A model generated the notes under the pieces. That model was not told where the DNA came from. It searched no databases and saw only the letters and a program-made list of their open reading frames with translations. A stretch of DNA of 63,820 nucleotides, the filler included, from Folioceros fuciformis (Eukaryota), in assembly GCA_049999805.1 (NCBI GenBank). It is 9 parts of 9 records of this genome, joined end to end, with 100 filler letters (N's around TTAATTAATTAA, not from the genome) between each part and the next. Parts side by side here need not be neighbours in the genome. Positions count along the whole stretch, not along the records: positions 7,824 to 16,208 come from JBNGIO010001264.1; positions 16,309 to 20,237 come from JBNGIO010001266.1; positions 20,338 to 38,759 come from JBNGIO010001267.1; 6 more parts are not named here. One strand, written 5' to 3'. This document shows, one piece after another, positions 12,901 to 24,545 of this stretch (position 1 is the first letter of the stretch; every line of letters starts with the position of its first letter). Made by a program: the position numbers and the translations under genes.

Positions 12901-13879
12901 CGAATTTCTCCTGCAACAAACAATTTCCCATTTCTGCTCCATATATTTATTTCCTTGCCCAACAAATTCAATTTCCCGGCTCTCATTTCTTCAATCCATG
13001 TTTGTCTGCAGCAACAGGGATGAGCCAGCTCCGACTCCTTGGCCCCGGCCCCGGCCCCGGCGATGGCATGAATGAGCGAGTGAATGGAGTCACGGAGTCC
13101 GTCTTCCCCGATTCACCCACCCCCGCCATCATGCATTATCCTATCCCTCGCTAGCTTGGGTCGCCTTCACGAAACTATTATCCTTCACGGCTTCGACCAG
13201 TAGTAGTCTGGACTGCGTCACCTCTGTCCGGCGCCACGCGGCAGCAAGTTTGCCCTCCAGGTGGAGAAGTTGTAACCACGTGGCTCTGCCACGTAGGCTG
13301 GAGAGCACCAGACCCCACGGTACCTTCTGGCCCCGCCGCATTGTTGTCCTAACCTCTACGGGCACCTGCCCGCTCCCCCGGCGCATTTAAAATGCACCCA
13401 ACGTGCCTCCTTCGCTCACCCGGGGAAGCTCGTTTCTCTTCTTCTCCTACTCCTGCTCCTGCTCCTGCTCCTGTTGCCGCTCCCGGCCCAAGGGAGGAGA
13501 AGGCCACAGTTCGCAGAGCGGGAAGGGGGAGCCTCTCGTGCTCTTCTCAAGCTCTGCTTGTGTCGTCGTCGAGCTCCATTTTCGTTCTGCTTGTGCACTT
13601 GAAGTAGACGCTGCGTCTGGATAAGTGTAAGGCGGGGAATTAGCAACATTATAGTCCTCTTCGGGCCCTGGCGAGCACCTTGTGGATTAACACAAGAAGC
13701 CAGCAGCGGTGCCTGAGGGGATGAGGATGAGGATGCCAGTTTCGGTATAAATTTCGTCCCCGCAATCGATTGCATTCGCTGCACTTGCACATCGCTCCCG
13801 GGGCCGGCTTTTTGCTTGCGGTGCTTCCTCTCCAGGAGGCAGAACGTGACTATCATCAGCCTGTTACGGACGCGGCACC

Positions 13880-16080
13880 ATGGTGGGAGGAGGCCCCATG
13901 CCCGTGCAGAGGCGGGAGGGAAGCCGGATGATCAATAACGGGAAGATCACGGTCTACGTCGTTCTTGTGAGCATCTTGGCGGGGAGCGGCGGGCTCATGT
14001 TCGGATACGATGTGGGAATTTCAGGTAGGAGGTGTTGTGTTGTCGCTACTGCTGGTGCGGGTGACTGTAAAACTTGCATATGAGGCTTGCATGTCTGTGC
14101 CAGTCCTGACGGGGTCCGGAATCGATGGATGGCAGGGGGCGTGACTTCCATGGATTCCTTTCTGGGGAAGTTCTTTCCCAAGGTGCTGCGGCGGACGCAG
14201 AGCCCCGACAATCCCAACAGCTACTGCAAGTATGATAACCAGCTGGTGCAGCTCTTCACGTCCTCGCTCTATATCGCGGGCCTTGTCGCCACCTTCTTCG
14301 CATCCTACACCACCAAGCGATTCGGGCGCCGGGCCACCATGCAAATTGCCGGCGTGAGCTACATGGTGGGCACGGCTGTGGCCGCCGGCGCAGCCGAGAT
14401 CGGGATGTTGATTGTGGGAAGAATTTTCCTCGGTATTGGTGTCGGCTTTGCAAACCAGGTACTGTATGAACAGTAAGCTGGAGGGAGTGCTTCAGATGAT
14501 GATGCATGTCAGTGCTGCTATCGCGGTTACGATTGGTGCGGGGAAGGGGAGAGAGCGTGAGCGCGAGCGCGAGCGTGCTAGTGGTGACATTGACATGATG
14601 GCGACGCTGACATGCTGGCGACACTGACATGCCTGGTCCAGGGGATCGCGATTTCTTTAACTGCTCTTGTTTATGTGATGCGCAGGCGGTGCCGCTGTAT
14701 TTGTCGGAGATGGCGCCTCCCAGGCTTCGGGGTGCTTTGAACATTCTGTTTCAGCTCTTCATCACCATCGGCATTTTGATTGCCAACTTGGTGAACTACG
14801 GCACGGACAAGATCAATCCGTGGGGATGGCGCTTGTCCTTCGCAGGAGCCGGCGCACCGGCGTTTCTCCTCGGCATCGGTGGCATCATCTTGCCTGACAC
14901 TCCCAACTCCTTGATCGAAAGAGGAAACTTGGAGGAAGGGAAGCGGGTGCTGAAGAAAGTTCGGGGGACGGACGATGTGGACGAGGAGATAGCGGAGCTT
15001 ATCGAAGCCAGTGAGGCAGCCAAGCAGGTAAGTCAGGCTCGCAAACTTTTTCTTCTGTCGTCTCATGTTGTTTGCTTGTGTGTGTTCTCACCCGTCCCTG
15101 CCCATGGCCAGGTGAAGGATCCGTGGAGGAGCATCATGCTTAGAAGGAACCGACCGCAGCTGGTCATCACCGTTCTGTTTCAGCTGTTCCAGCAGATGAC
15201 CGGGATCAACGCCATCATGTTCTACGCTCCTCCCTTGTTCCAGACGCTTGGCTTCAAGTCGGATGCTGCGCTTTACTCCGCCATCATCACAGGAGTGGTG
15301 AACGTGGTTTCAACCATGGTTTCGGTGCTGTCTGTTGACCGCCTAGGCCGGAGAAAGCTATTGTTGGAGTCCGGGTTTCAGATGTTCATTTCCATGGTAA
15401 CCACACGCTACGCCTTGATGTTGGATGCTGTGCCACTTCATACTTGGCGAATTGGTTGATGGGGAACACCTGCCACTCTTGTCTGTGCCCTGCAGGTGGG
15501 AATCGCGATCCTCCTTGGTACAGGCATCAAAGATGAGCGATCCCTGCCCCACGGATCAGCCATCGGCGTGGTGTTTTTAATCTGCTTGTTTGTATCGGGT
15601 TTTGCGTGGTCATGGGGCCCCCTAGGTTGGCTTGTGCCATCCGAGATTTTCCCTTTGGAAACCCGATCTGCAGGCCAAAGCATCACTGTCTCCTTCAACC
15701 TCTTGTTCACCGCCGCCATTGCTCAGGCTTTCCTTTCCATGCTGTGCGGCATGAAGTATGGTATTTTCCTCTTCTTTGCGGGATGGATTGTGGTGATGAC
15801 CATTTTTGTCTACTGGTTTCTACCCGAGACCAAGGGAGTGCCCATCGATGAAATGAAGTTCGTGTGGAGGAAGCACTGGTTCTGGAAAAAAGTCGTCCCC
15901 AACACCGAAGACACTGATTTCCCCCTCCCCACCATCAAGGGCTCCCAGAATGGAGGACACAGAAAGGACGGGGAAGTGGAGGAAGAGGGCATCAATAGCC
16001 CGCTTCGCAGCCCGCATAACGGGGCGAAGAGCGACCAGAACCAATCCCAAACTCACCTCCAATCGATTCGTGGGAGGTAA
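13880..16080 (+). CDS. STP: Sugar transport protein (STP/MST hexose:H+ symporter, STP13-like); 5 exons 13880-14024, 14136-14458, 14686-15027, 15112-15396, 15496-16080
   Basis: [103 protein letters not shown] introns keep the frame. Confidence 0.96.
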
Positions 16081-17078
16081 TACTTTTTCAGATCCAGGAA
16101 TACAAAATCCTTATTTAATGTTTCTCGCGTGATTCCGAATGTGGAGAGCGATGGTCGAAGTGCCTGTGTCTGAGAATTAAGAACTACCAAGGGGTAGAAC
16201 TGCTAGAGNNNNNNNNNNNNNNNNNNNNNNNNNNNNNNNNNNNNNNNNNNNNTTAATTAATTAANNNNNNNNNNNNNNNNNNNNNNNNNNNNNNNNNNNN
16301 NNNNNNNNGTATTCATGATACTGTGTTGTTACAAGTACCTAATTAAAGATTTGATGCAGGAACTCCTCGTGTCGCCATTCCTGTGGATGCTTAGAGAGGG
16401 TTGATATCGAAGGGGATGCTTGCCATGGTAAAAGTAGTACAGAGGTTTGAAACGGTTCTATTCTTTACTCTGAGTGATGAGCGCCGGGTATTTCGTCTCA
16501 GCAAGACAAAGGAATCGTGGCTTGCTCACGCATATGGCTGTGACGTGAAAGCCCTCAGACCTGTACACTTGAGCGTTTGACTAGACGAGGAGTGGGAATC
16601 ACGGCAGGGCTAGTGCCACGTCGAGCAGCTACATTTGGTGCTTGAAGCCTGTGGTAAACCGTGCGTGTTGAAACCGCATCAGGAACCACCAGACAAGGAA
16701 ACAACGATGTTTGGAAGGCGACGAAACAACTTTGTAGTTCCTGCTGTCGAATGCTTGCGGACGAAGTGGCGAATCGTTGTATGCTGGCAGTATGTCAATT
16801 GGATTTGGCTTGTCCCTGTTGAGTGATGGGTAGGGGAAGCTGGGTAACTTTGAGACAGCCCTTTCATTCGTTAACCTGCGTTGTCAGACACTCAAAGGAT
16901 GGGTCATGCAACGTGGTGCTCTCAAGCTGCCCACAGTTTGAGACGCGAGGTTGGAATTTGATTAACCGGTACTGCATTTTACATGAGCTAGTTTGCTACT
17001 CCGAAAAAATGGAAGTCAGGAGGATCGCAAATGGTGGTTCTGGCGAGTAATGACTGTAGTGTTAGAAACCGCCCCGCT

Positions 17079-17906
17079 CTATAGTCCTTGTTCCCGGGTG
17101 TCAGTCGAAACGTTATTGACTGAGAAGTTGAGCTTGGCTAGCAGGCGAGACCACGTTTCAACGACGCTGCCGACGTTTTGAAATTCGATGAGCTTCCCTT
17201 GCCTTCGATAGAATTCCTCCAATGGTTGGGTTTGTTGATGGTAAACCTGAATCCTCTTCTTCACCACTTCCTCCGTATCATCTGCTCTGATGGTCATCTT
17301 ATCCAAGCAAGCCGGGGGTGGCAGCAAGGGTGGCATTCTAATCCGAGGACCTCCATCCTCTCCCGCCACATCTACATCTGCCAAATTGAAGCTCAAACCG
17401 CACTGACTACACATCCTTCTTCCCAAGCATTTTCTGACGAGCACATCCTCCGGCATCCACAGGTTCACGACCTTCTCAACCGGCAGAAGCTGCTCCAAAG
17501 TCTCCGCCTGGCTGACGGTCCTGGGAAAGCCGTCGAGGACGAACCCTCCTCTTCCTTGAAGCTGTTCGTCGTTCAATCTTCGAAACAGCAGCTGCAGGAT
17601 CACGTCATCCGGCAGCAACTCCCCTAGCTTCACTGCGTGAGCATAAGCTGCAGCTGGTCCGTTCTTCTCAGTCAAACCTTGGCGCACCAAATCTCCCATA
17701 GCTATGTGCGGAATTTCAAGAAGATCAGCCAATTTCCGGCCGAAAGTGCCTTTCCCCGTCCCGGGACATCCCAGAAACACCCATCTGCTGGGCACGCGTT
17801 GCTCCCGCTGTCTCTGAGGCACCTGGCCCTTGTACTTGTAAGCTGTAGGAAGCCGGAACCTGTTTGCTCGCAGCCGACCCACAAAGTTTCTCACGCTGGA
17901 ATGCAT
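17079..17906 (-). CDS. ADK: Adenylate kinase, intronless, with a basic N-terminal extension that is probably an organellar transit peptide
   Basis: P-loop GCPGTGKGT, GDLVR, LDGFPR, LID GRRMCSQCG, RADD; uninterrupted 275-aa ORF. Confidence 0.93.
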   Translation of the reverse strand: MHSSVRNFVGRLRANRFRLPTAYKYKGQVPQRQREQRVPSRWVFLGCPGTGKGTFGRKLADLLEIPHIAMGDLVRQGLTEKNGPAAAYAHAVKLGELLPDDVILQLLFRRLNDEQLQGRGGFVLDGFPRTVSQAETLEQLLPVEKVVNLWMPEDVLVRKCLGRRMCSQCGLSFNLADVDVAGEDGGPRIRMPPLLPPPACLDKMTIRADDTEEVVKKRIQVYHQQTQPLEEFYRRQGKLIEFQNVGSVVETWSRLLAKLNFSVNNVSTDTREQGL

Positions 17907-18575
17907 CCTACTCCAAACCGAAGTGTCGACGACAATCAGGAAAGAGTGTGAAAGAGTTGCTGAAAGATTTTCAACTGCTACTTCTGGGCCAGCAGCTCAC
18001 ACATATATAGAGTGTTGAGAGGGTCGGTTGGTAAACTCACGCGGTCTGAGTATGTACAGTACCAACCAAGTCAAGGCCCAATCCACGACTCCTTGGCCTT
18101 CGGCGAAAACACTGTTTCGACTTTCCGACGAATTTGACAAAGCTTTGGTCCCAAGCCGTGAGAAGCCTCCACTATAAGGGCATCAGTTTGGTGGTTCTAA
18201 CCTAGCACGCTTGTTGCTGCATAGTTGCAACACCCTGATAATGCACACTAGAGCTCTCTTGGTTACTGCACGAGTAGGCTTACACAAATGAGGTTACAAC
18301 AAAAAGAAAGGTTCGTGCACGAGGTCCAACCCTTGTAAATTAGCATAAAGAAACATTCAATTTGGGGAACTTGAAGACTTTATAGAAAAGAGATTTGAAG
18401 TTCCAACAAGTGGCAATACGAAAAGCCAAGAACATGGCCTAACCCTTCGTCCGTCTAGCTTGTAACTCCCTATAAGATGTCACATTTAGGTGTAAGGTAT
18501 GGCCTACTTATCATCGGCCTACTTATCATCGGGCCACATCCGCCGTGTTGGATGTTGTCTTATTGCCAAGGCCTA

Positions 18576-19540
18576 TTATAGTGCAATTGAAACTTTTTGC
18601 TTAAAAAAAAAATCGCAATGGAAACCCATTGCCGAAAAAAAAATGCCACCACACCATGACATGGATAAGGGAAGCCCTACGCCGCTCTTGCTGATGTGAG
18701 GGGCCTTCGTACATGTCTTCAAAAACCTAGAAAAATCCTTACCCATGGCCCTAAGCGTTTCAATAGCAAGGGGATGAACAAGTGACCTGGTGCATGGGCC
18801 TGATCTTGCAAGGCTTCCTTGTCGCATTTCCTTATGCCGCCCAACTCGGAGGGTTGATAACGACGTGTTCACCGATGGTTGTCCGATTGGGCTATACTTG
18901 CAAGTCTTCCTTGTTGCTCTTCCTTCTGCCGCCCAACCCGGAGGGTTGATAACGACGTGTTCACTAATGGTTGTTCGAGTGGGCCTATACTTGCAAACCT
19001 TCCTTGTCGCGCTTCCTTTTGCCGCCCAACCCGGAGGGTTGATAACGACGTGTTCACTGATGGTTGTTTGAGTGAGCCTATACTTGCAAATCTTCCTTGT
19101 TGCGCTTCCTTTTGCCGCCCAACCCGGAGGGTTGATAACAACGTATTCACCAATGGTTGTTCGAGTGAGCCTATACTTGCAAGTCTTCCTTGTCGCGCTT
19201 CCTTCTGCCTCCCAACCCGAGGGTCGCGCTTCCTTCTGCCGCCCAACCTGAAGGTCGCGCTTCCTTCTGCCGCCCAACCCGAGGGTTGATAACGACGTGT
19301 TTATTGATGGTTGTCCCAACCTGAGGGTCGTGCTTCCTTCTACCGCCCAACCTGAGGGTTGCACTTCCTTCTGCTGCCCAACCCAATGATTTGATAACGA
19401 CGTGTTCATTGATGGTTGTCCGAACGGGGTATGGTGGTATGGTTGTCTGAGGGGGTCTGTGACCACCATATCCGCTATAGAAACCTAGCTTCTTGACCAG
19501 GGTCTGTGACCACCATATCCGCTATAGAAACCTAGCTCCT
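18576..19540 (-). mobile_element. RLE-element 3' remnant with internal tandem amplification (93-bp and 31-bp units)
   Basis: SIADMVVTDP, repeated VVINPPGWAAKGSATRK.CKY, PLAIETLRAMGKDF and QKVSIAL. GATAAC.ACGT recurs at 18856, 18948, 19041, 19134, 19288 and 19393. Confidence 0.8.
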
Positions 19541-20849
19541 TTGGTCAAGAGAAAAGGTATGTGATGAGGAGACGCCAATTTGGGTCAATTTCAAGGTAAG
19601 CGCACATAGGAGTGTTGAAGCTTTGAAGGGCAGAAGCATCCCCTCAAGACCAAATAAATACATATGCGCCAAGTCCGACCGCACCCGAAAGGGAGATGGA
19701 GCCCACCAGGTTGTACGTGGCGTGGTATGTAAGCATAGCGATGCGAAATAAAAACGAGACCGATCCAAGAAGCAGTGCGGGGAGGGAGTGGGACTCGGTA
19801 ATCGGGACTCCACTGGAGCCAGTGCCAAAATATGCTTGCGAACCGAAGGTGCAGTGCTGTCGGGGGATCATGAATGCCAATGAGCGCAAGAGCCAGGCAG
19901 CGAGGAAAAACTGGCACGCAGCACCCGGAGCCGGGAGACAGACGGACCGACATTATATCCCAAACGCCGAAGCTGTTACCGGAGCTGGCGGCCCGGTCGG
20001 GGCCAGGCGCCCATCAACTCCCCTCGCAACAGCTACCGAAGCTCGCGTCCCGTTCCGTCCCGATCCGACTCCCGAGTCTCGACTCCTTCCCTCTTCCTCT
20101 TCCCTCCACACATTCTCTCTCCTTCTCTCTGTCTGCCTGGAAGCTGTACAGTACGCTCATCAGCGTCGTCCTGCGCCTGCCTCTCTCATTTCGCCTCCCT
20201 CTTTCCCTCCCTTCCCTTCTTCCTTCCCTCCCGCCTTNNNNNNNNNNNNNNNNNNNNNNNNNNNNNNNNNNNNNNNNNNNNTTAATTAATTAANNNNNNN
20301 NNNNNNNNNNNNNNNNNNNNNNNNNNNNNNNNNNNNNGTACTGTGTGAAACGGAGTGTGGCGCGTTTAGGCCCGTACAGCACTCCACCAGTCGGTAGGGG
20401 AAAAGTGAAGCCCGGCCTCCCCGCCGTGTGGTGTGGCGTGTATTCACCCGGGCTTAGCGCTCCCCTCACGCCCACTTTTGTTCAATGCAGCTTCAGGAAC
20501 ATTAAAGGCCCGCTGCCTGCAGCCGACAGCCTGGCGTCTCGCAACCTTCTGCTCCGCCTTGAAATCAAGACCCGACGTGTGGGCCTCTAGTTGCACTTGC
20601 GAATCGGGCCCGACACGGCCTAGTTTCACATGCGGATGCATGGCCACAGCGATGCCATACAATATGGACTGATTTATTTATTTATTTTAAAAAATAAGAT
20701 GGAAAAAACATATACCGCTAAACACGGAAATAAACCATGATAGGAACACTAGGATCGATAAAAGATATGTGTAAATATTTAATTCATTCTACCTATTCTT
20801 CTCTATACCATTTTCCTGCTAAGGGTATAATTAAATGAATTTGACATCA

Positions 20850-20952
20850 AGACATCTAGCGCCGCTGGACGTCGACGAAAGTTACTATGATTTTGTTCCC
20901 GAGATACAGGTTCGATCCTGGCACTGATTATGCTTCCTCGACAAGAATTTTT
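20850..20952 (+). other. Possible tRNA-derived SINE head or Pol III unit
   Basis: A-box-like TAGCGCCGCTGG (20857-20868), B-box GGTTCGATCC (20909-20918) and T5 run (20948-20952). No acceptor-stem pairing, so not a tRNA. Confidence 0.35.
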
Positions 20953-21020
20953 CTCCCACCTACGTAATGTATAGGTGAATGAAAGACGTCCTCGTCTTTG
21001 AATGCCTGGATTGCTTGGAG

Positions 21021-21590
21021 CTAGTATCCCCCGTAGTAGACGTAGGAGGTGAAGTTGTCAATGGCCGAGACGCCGGAGAAGGAGTAGACGGTGGATTCGG
21101 ACCAGCCGCGAGCGAGGCGGAAGAGGCCGGTGCCGCCGACGATGGAGCTCTCTCGCACGGGCGAGAAAATGGGAGTGAAGCCGCGGTAGTTGATGGTGGT
21201 GCCGGTGGGGAACCCGCTGGCGTGGTTGAAGACGACGGTGAAGACGAGCTCCAGGGCGGGCTGGGAGTCGTCGTTGTTGTCCCAGACGTAGAAGCCCTTG
21301 GCCCGGCCCACGGACTCGGAGGCGGGGTCGGGGGAGACGGTGAGCAGGTCGTCGAACACCACCACGCCCCCGAACAGGCTGTGCCCGGAGACGTTGGCGG
21401 GCAGGCCGCCCAGCGGCGGCACCACGAAGAAGGCGCTGGGGTCCGGGATGAGCAGCCTGTCGTGCAGGAAGAAGGTGATCTCCGTGTACTGCGGCCTGCT
21501 CTTGGCCTCCGCAGGCACGGACTGGAGCAGGGCCGCGAGCACTGCGAGGGCGGCCAGCGCCGCGGCGGCCGAGAGGGGAGCGTTCTCCAT
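21021..21590 (-). CDS. DIR: Dirigent-family protein, secreted, intronless
   Basis: Signal peptide; FFLHD, FGGVVVFDDLLT, SESVGRAKGFY, RESSIVGGTGLFRLARGW. Confidence 0.93.
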   Translation of the reverse strand: MENAPLSAAAALAALAVLAALLQSVPAEAKSRPQYTEITFFLHDRLLIPDPSAFFVVPPLGGLPANVSGHSLFGGVVVFDDLLTVSPDPASESVGRAKGFYVWDNNDDSQPALELVFTVVFNHASGFPTGTTINYRGFTPIFSPVRESSIVGGTGLFRLARGWSESTVYSFSGVSAIDNFTSYVYYGGY

Positions 21591-22619
21591 GGCACCGGCT
21601 TGAGGATGGGGTTCCTTGTGCCCGTTAATGTATGGTACTGATTGGAAGGGCGTATTCGGGGCAGGGAGATTTGGAGTCAGCGGGAATATACCCGCGGGGG
21701 ATAGGCTGGGACGCTTCGAGGGTGCTTCATCGGAAGGTTCTGGGATGGGGCTTGCTAGCTCGGGGTGGCTAGTTTCGGGCTTGTTCGTGGTGCATGCACT
21801 GGATGGGCGATAGAGAATTTGTGTCGAAATCGGGGTGCTAACCTGCAGGGTGTTGATCTTCCGGGATTATGGAAGTTACGAGTGTTGGGTGGTGACGGGA
21901 GATGGTGGTGGTCGATCGGAAAGGAAGCGCGTACCCCAATGCGAGCATTTCAGTCGTTCTGAGATACCGAGTTGACGCTGAAGTCCTGTGTGTAAGTGTG
22001 ACGGGTATCGGTCTGAGGGAGAAATTCATCGCAGTCGAGCGCATCGGCAGTCGGCATTGAGTGTGCGTAGATGGACCCCATGTACCGCCGAATCGGATAC
22101 ACGATAATCTTTCTTGCACACATTTGAAATCGTGGAAGCTCACCAGTGGAATGAATACACGATGACAGGAAACGAAGATGGATCGCTTCTCTGCGTGCCA
22201 CCAGATGCGAATTCATCAGCTTGAGCTTGAGTGTTAGCCAATTCGAAGGAGTTCGTGGTTCCGAGCCTTGCATTATCCGATGCATCAAATTGCACAGGTT
22301 TCGATCTTACGGACGGATAAGATAGCTTGATGGCCAAACAGTTTCCTCTGGCAGCTGGGATCGCATCTCCAGGAATACAGGAAAAGGAAGCGGGAGGCCC
22401 GGGCCGGGCCGGGTTGAGTTCTCCATTTTGATCGACCACTATTGACCGACTTAGCTTTGCTACTCAATGCGGCTTGTTTACTCCTGGTCGAGATATACAA
22501 TAATTACTAAATAAATAATTTAATAATAATATAGAGAAAAATATAAATGTGTGCTCTATTATGTGCACCTGCTCTTTCCAAGCTTTATAAATACCCATCT
22601 CAATCTATCTTATTATTAC

Positions 22620-23700
22620 AGAAGGACCAAAAATGCCTACCGGTGCCGAACCAAAAATGCCTACTGGTGCTAAAGAAGTCGCTTGACCTGCACTTGCTGC
22701 TGTTCTAAAGACCGCATTGACCAATCCTCGTTGCAAAGCAATGGATACGTGTTGTAGAAAGAAGGCCACCATAAAGGAAAGAGGGAGAACACCATTCCTA
22801 TTGTTCTAATAAACCTTAGTGCACTCCTTGATAAACCTTGAAAAGTCCTTGCTCATAGCCCCATAAGTCTCAGAAAAGTCCTTGCTCATAGCCCCATAAG
22901 TCTCAAGAGCCAAGGGGGATGAAAGTATGCCTGTCTTGCAAGAATACTTATGGACTTTGGCACTTGCACAACCCTCTACCTCCCAACCAGGGGGGTTGAT
23001 GATGATATGCTTGTAAATCGAATTCCTAGTGGGATCCGTAACAACTACGTCAGCAACACAAATTTATTCGCCCGTAAATCGAATTTCTAGTGGGATCCGT
23101 AACAACTGCGTCAGCAACACAAATTTGTTCACCCGTAATCGAATTCCTAGTGGGATCCGTAACAACCGTGTCAGCAACACAAATTTGTTCGCCCATAGTG
23201 AACAAAAGGTCAGGTCTAAGTGAAACCCCGTTGCACAAAGTATATAGACGCTCCCTATACAAAAGAAACCCACACTTCCTAGTCATTGAGAACATGATAT
23301 CCTGAAGTGCATCATGAGTGGCAATGCAGTGCCCCCCAATGGGACAACATGCCAAATGAGACTTTGTATCAACAATGGCAACCCCACAACTGCATGTAGA
23401 GAGAAAAAGCCAAGGGGTGGGGCAAACCTAAGCGAAATCTCATCGCGGTGGCGAAAGTTGCTGGTGCGATTCGAAACACCTGGATGCAAGGTCGAGCCAA
23501 AGGCCAAGAGCCGCTTCTATACCTGAACAAGATTGAATACGAGCTCAAGAAGACCTAGGGACGGATGAATTTGAAAGAAGGGCTCTTAGTGCTTGGCCAT
23601 ATTGCTTTTCTAGCAGAGAGGCTTGGAGACCCTTAACCCTTTCCTAGAAAAGGAGGTGAAAGGAGGAGAAGGACCCTCTAACCAAAGGTAGAGAATCCCT
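22620..23700 (-). mobile_element. Longest RLE-type (CRE-like) non-LTR retrotransposon 3' remnant: CCHC knuckle plus restriction-like endonuclease
   Basis: ARIQSCSG..A..LW, CSCG...D..SHLACCPIGG....HD, RPDLL, ADTVVTDP, KVHKY, PLALETYGAM, QHVSIALQRG. Frameshifted, with internal 60-bp (x3), 34-bp and 23-bp duplications. Confidence 0.82.
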
Positions 23701-24073
23701 CGGTTGCATAAGAGATACCTGTAATGGGAAAGACTTGATTGTATGCAACACTCCAAGATTTAAGTAAAATTGGTAATAAATTAAATATTCTACTTATGGC
23801 GTCATCTCTAAACAATCAACGTACATTATAAATTCGTATATGGTTAAGACTTACATAGTACCTTGGATATTGGCTTTGGAGCTACAAGCATTGTACGATA
23901 AGCAATACAATAATTTTGAGAAAAATGCAAATTTATTACTTGCTAGGATAATTGAGACAAAGCTTTGCACATGGTTAAAATGACATGTTGTCCCATCTAA
24001 ATATCTCAAATTTAGATGTTCCAAGTGACTAGCATGTTCTTGTCACTTGGTGAATCCTTATGTACACATGTAC

Positions 24074-24545
24074 TTTTCTTGAAGACCAATATTTTGGAAA
24101 CTAGCATGACGTGAAGCTAGGTAGGAATTCTTCAACTTTTCTTGAAGACCAATATTTTGGAAACTAGCATGAGGCGGAGCCAAGCCAGGAACTCTTCAAC
24201 TTTTCTTGAAGACCAATATCGTTTCTTGAAGAACAATATTTCGGAAACTAGCATAAGGTAGAGCCAAGAACTCTTCAACCAATGTTAAAACAATGCACCA
24301 TCTTCAACCAACGTTGAAACAATGCACAGTCTTCAACCAATGTTGAAACAATGCACAACAGCCCTCACATGATGAGGCTCGAGGAAATAAAGGCAAGTGG
24401 AAATGAAGACGAATGGAGATGAAGACAACTGGAAATGAAGGCAAGTGGAAATGAAGACAAATGGAGGTGAAGACAACTGGAAATGAAGACAAATGAGAAT
24501 GAAGGCAAATGGAAATGAAGACCAATGGAAATGAAGACATAAGAG
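24074..24545. repeat. Compound tandem repeats: about 63-bp unit x3, about 28-bp unit x3, then a short GGAAATGAAG-based array
   Basis: TTTTCTTGAAGACCAATAT at 24074, 24137 and 24201; CTTCAACCAA.GTT.AAACAATGCAC x3; GGAAATGAAG(A/G)CAA repeats at about 24390-24540. Confidence 0.85.

Noticed and set aside
20850-20930. Functional tRNA gene
   Set aside because: Acceptor stem cannot pair and no anticodon arm is evident; kept only as a SINE or Pol III candidate.
20979-21641. Long ORFs antisense or out of frame to the dirigent, peroxidase, STP, STIG1 and MGD genes
   Set aside because: Shadow ORFs caused by high GC at third codon positions; the real frames carry the family motifs.
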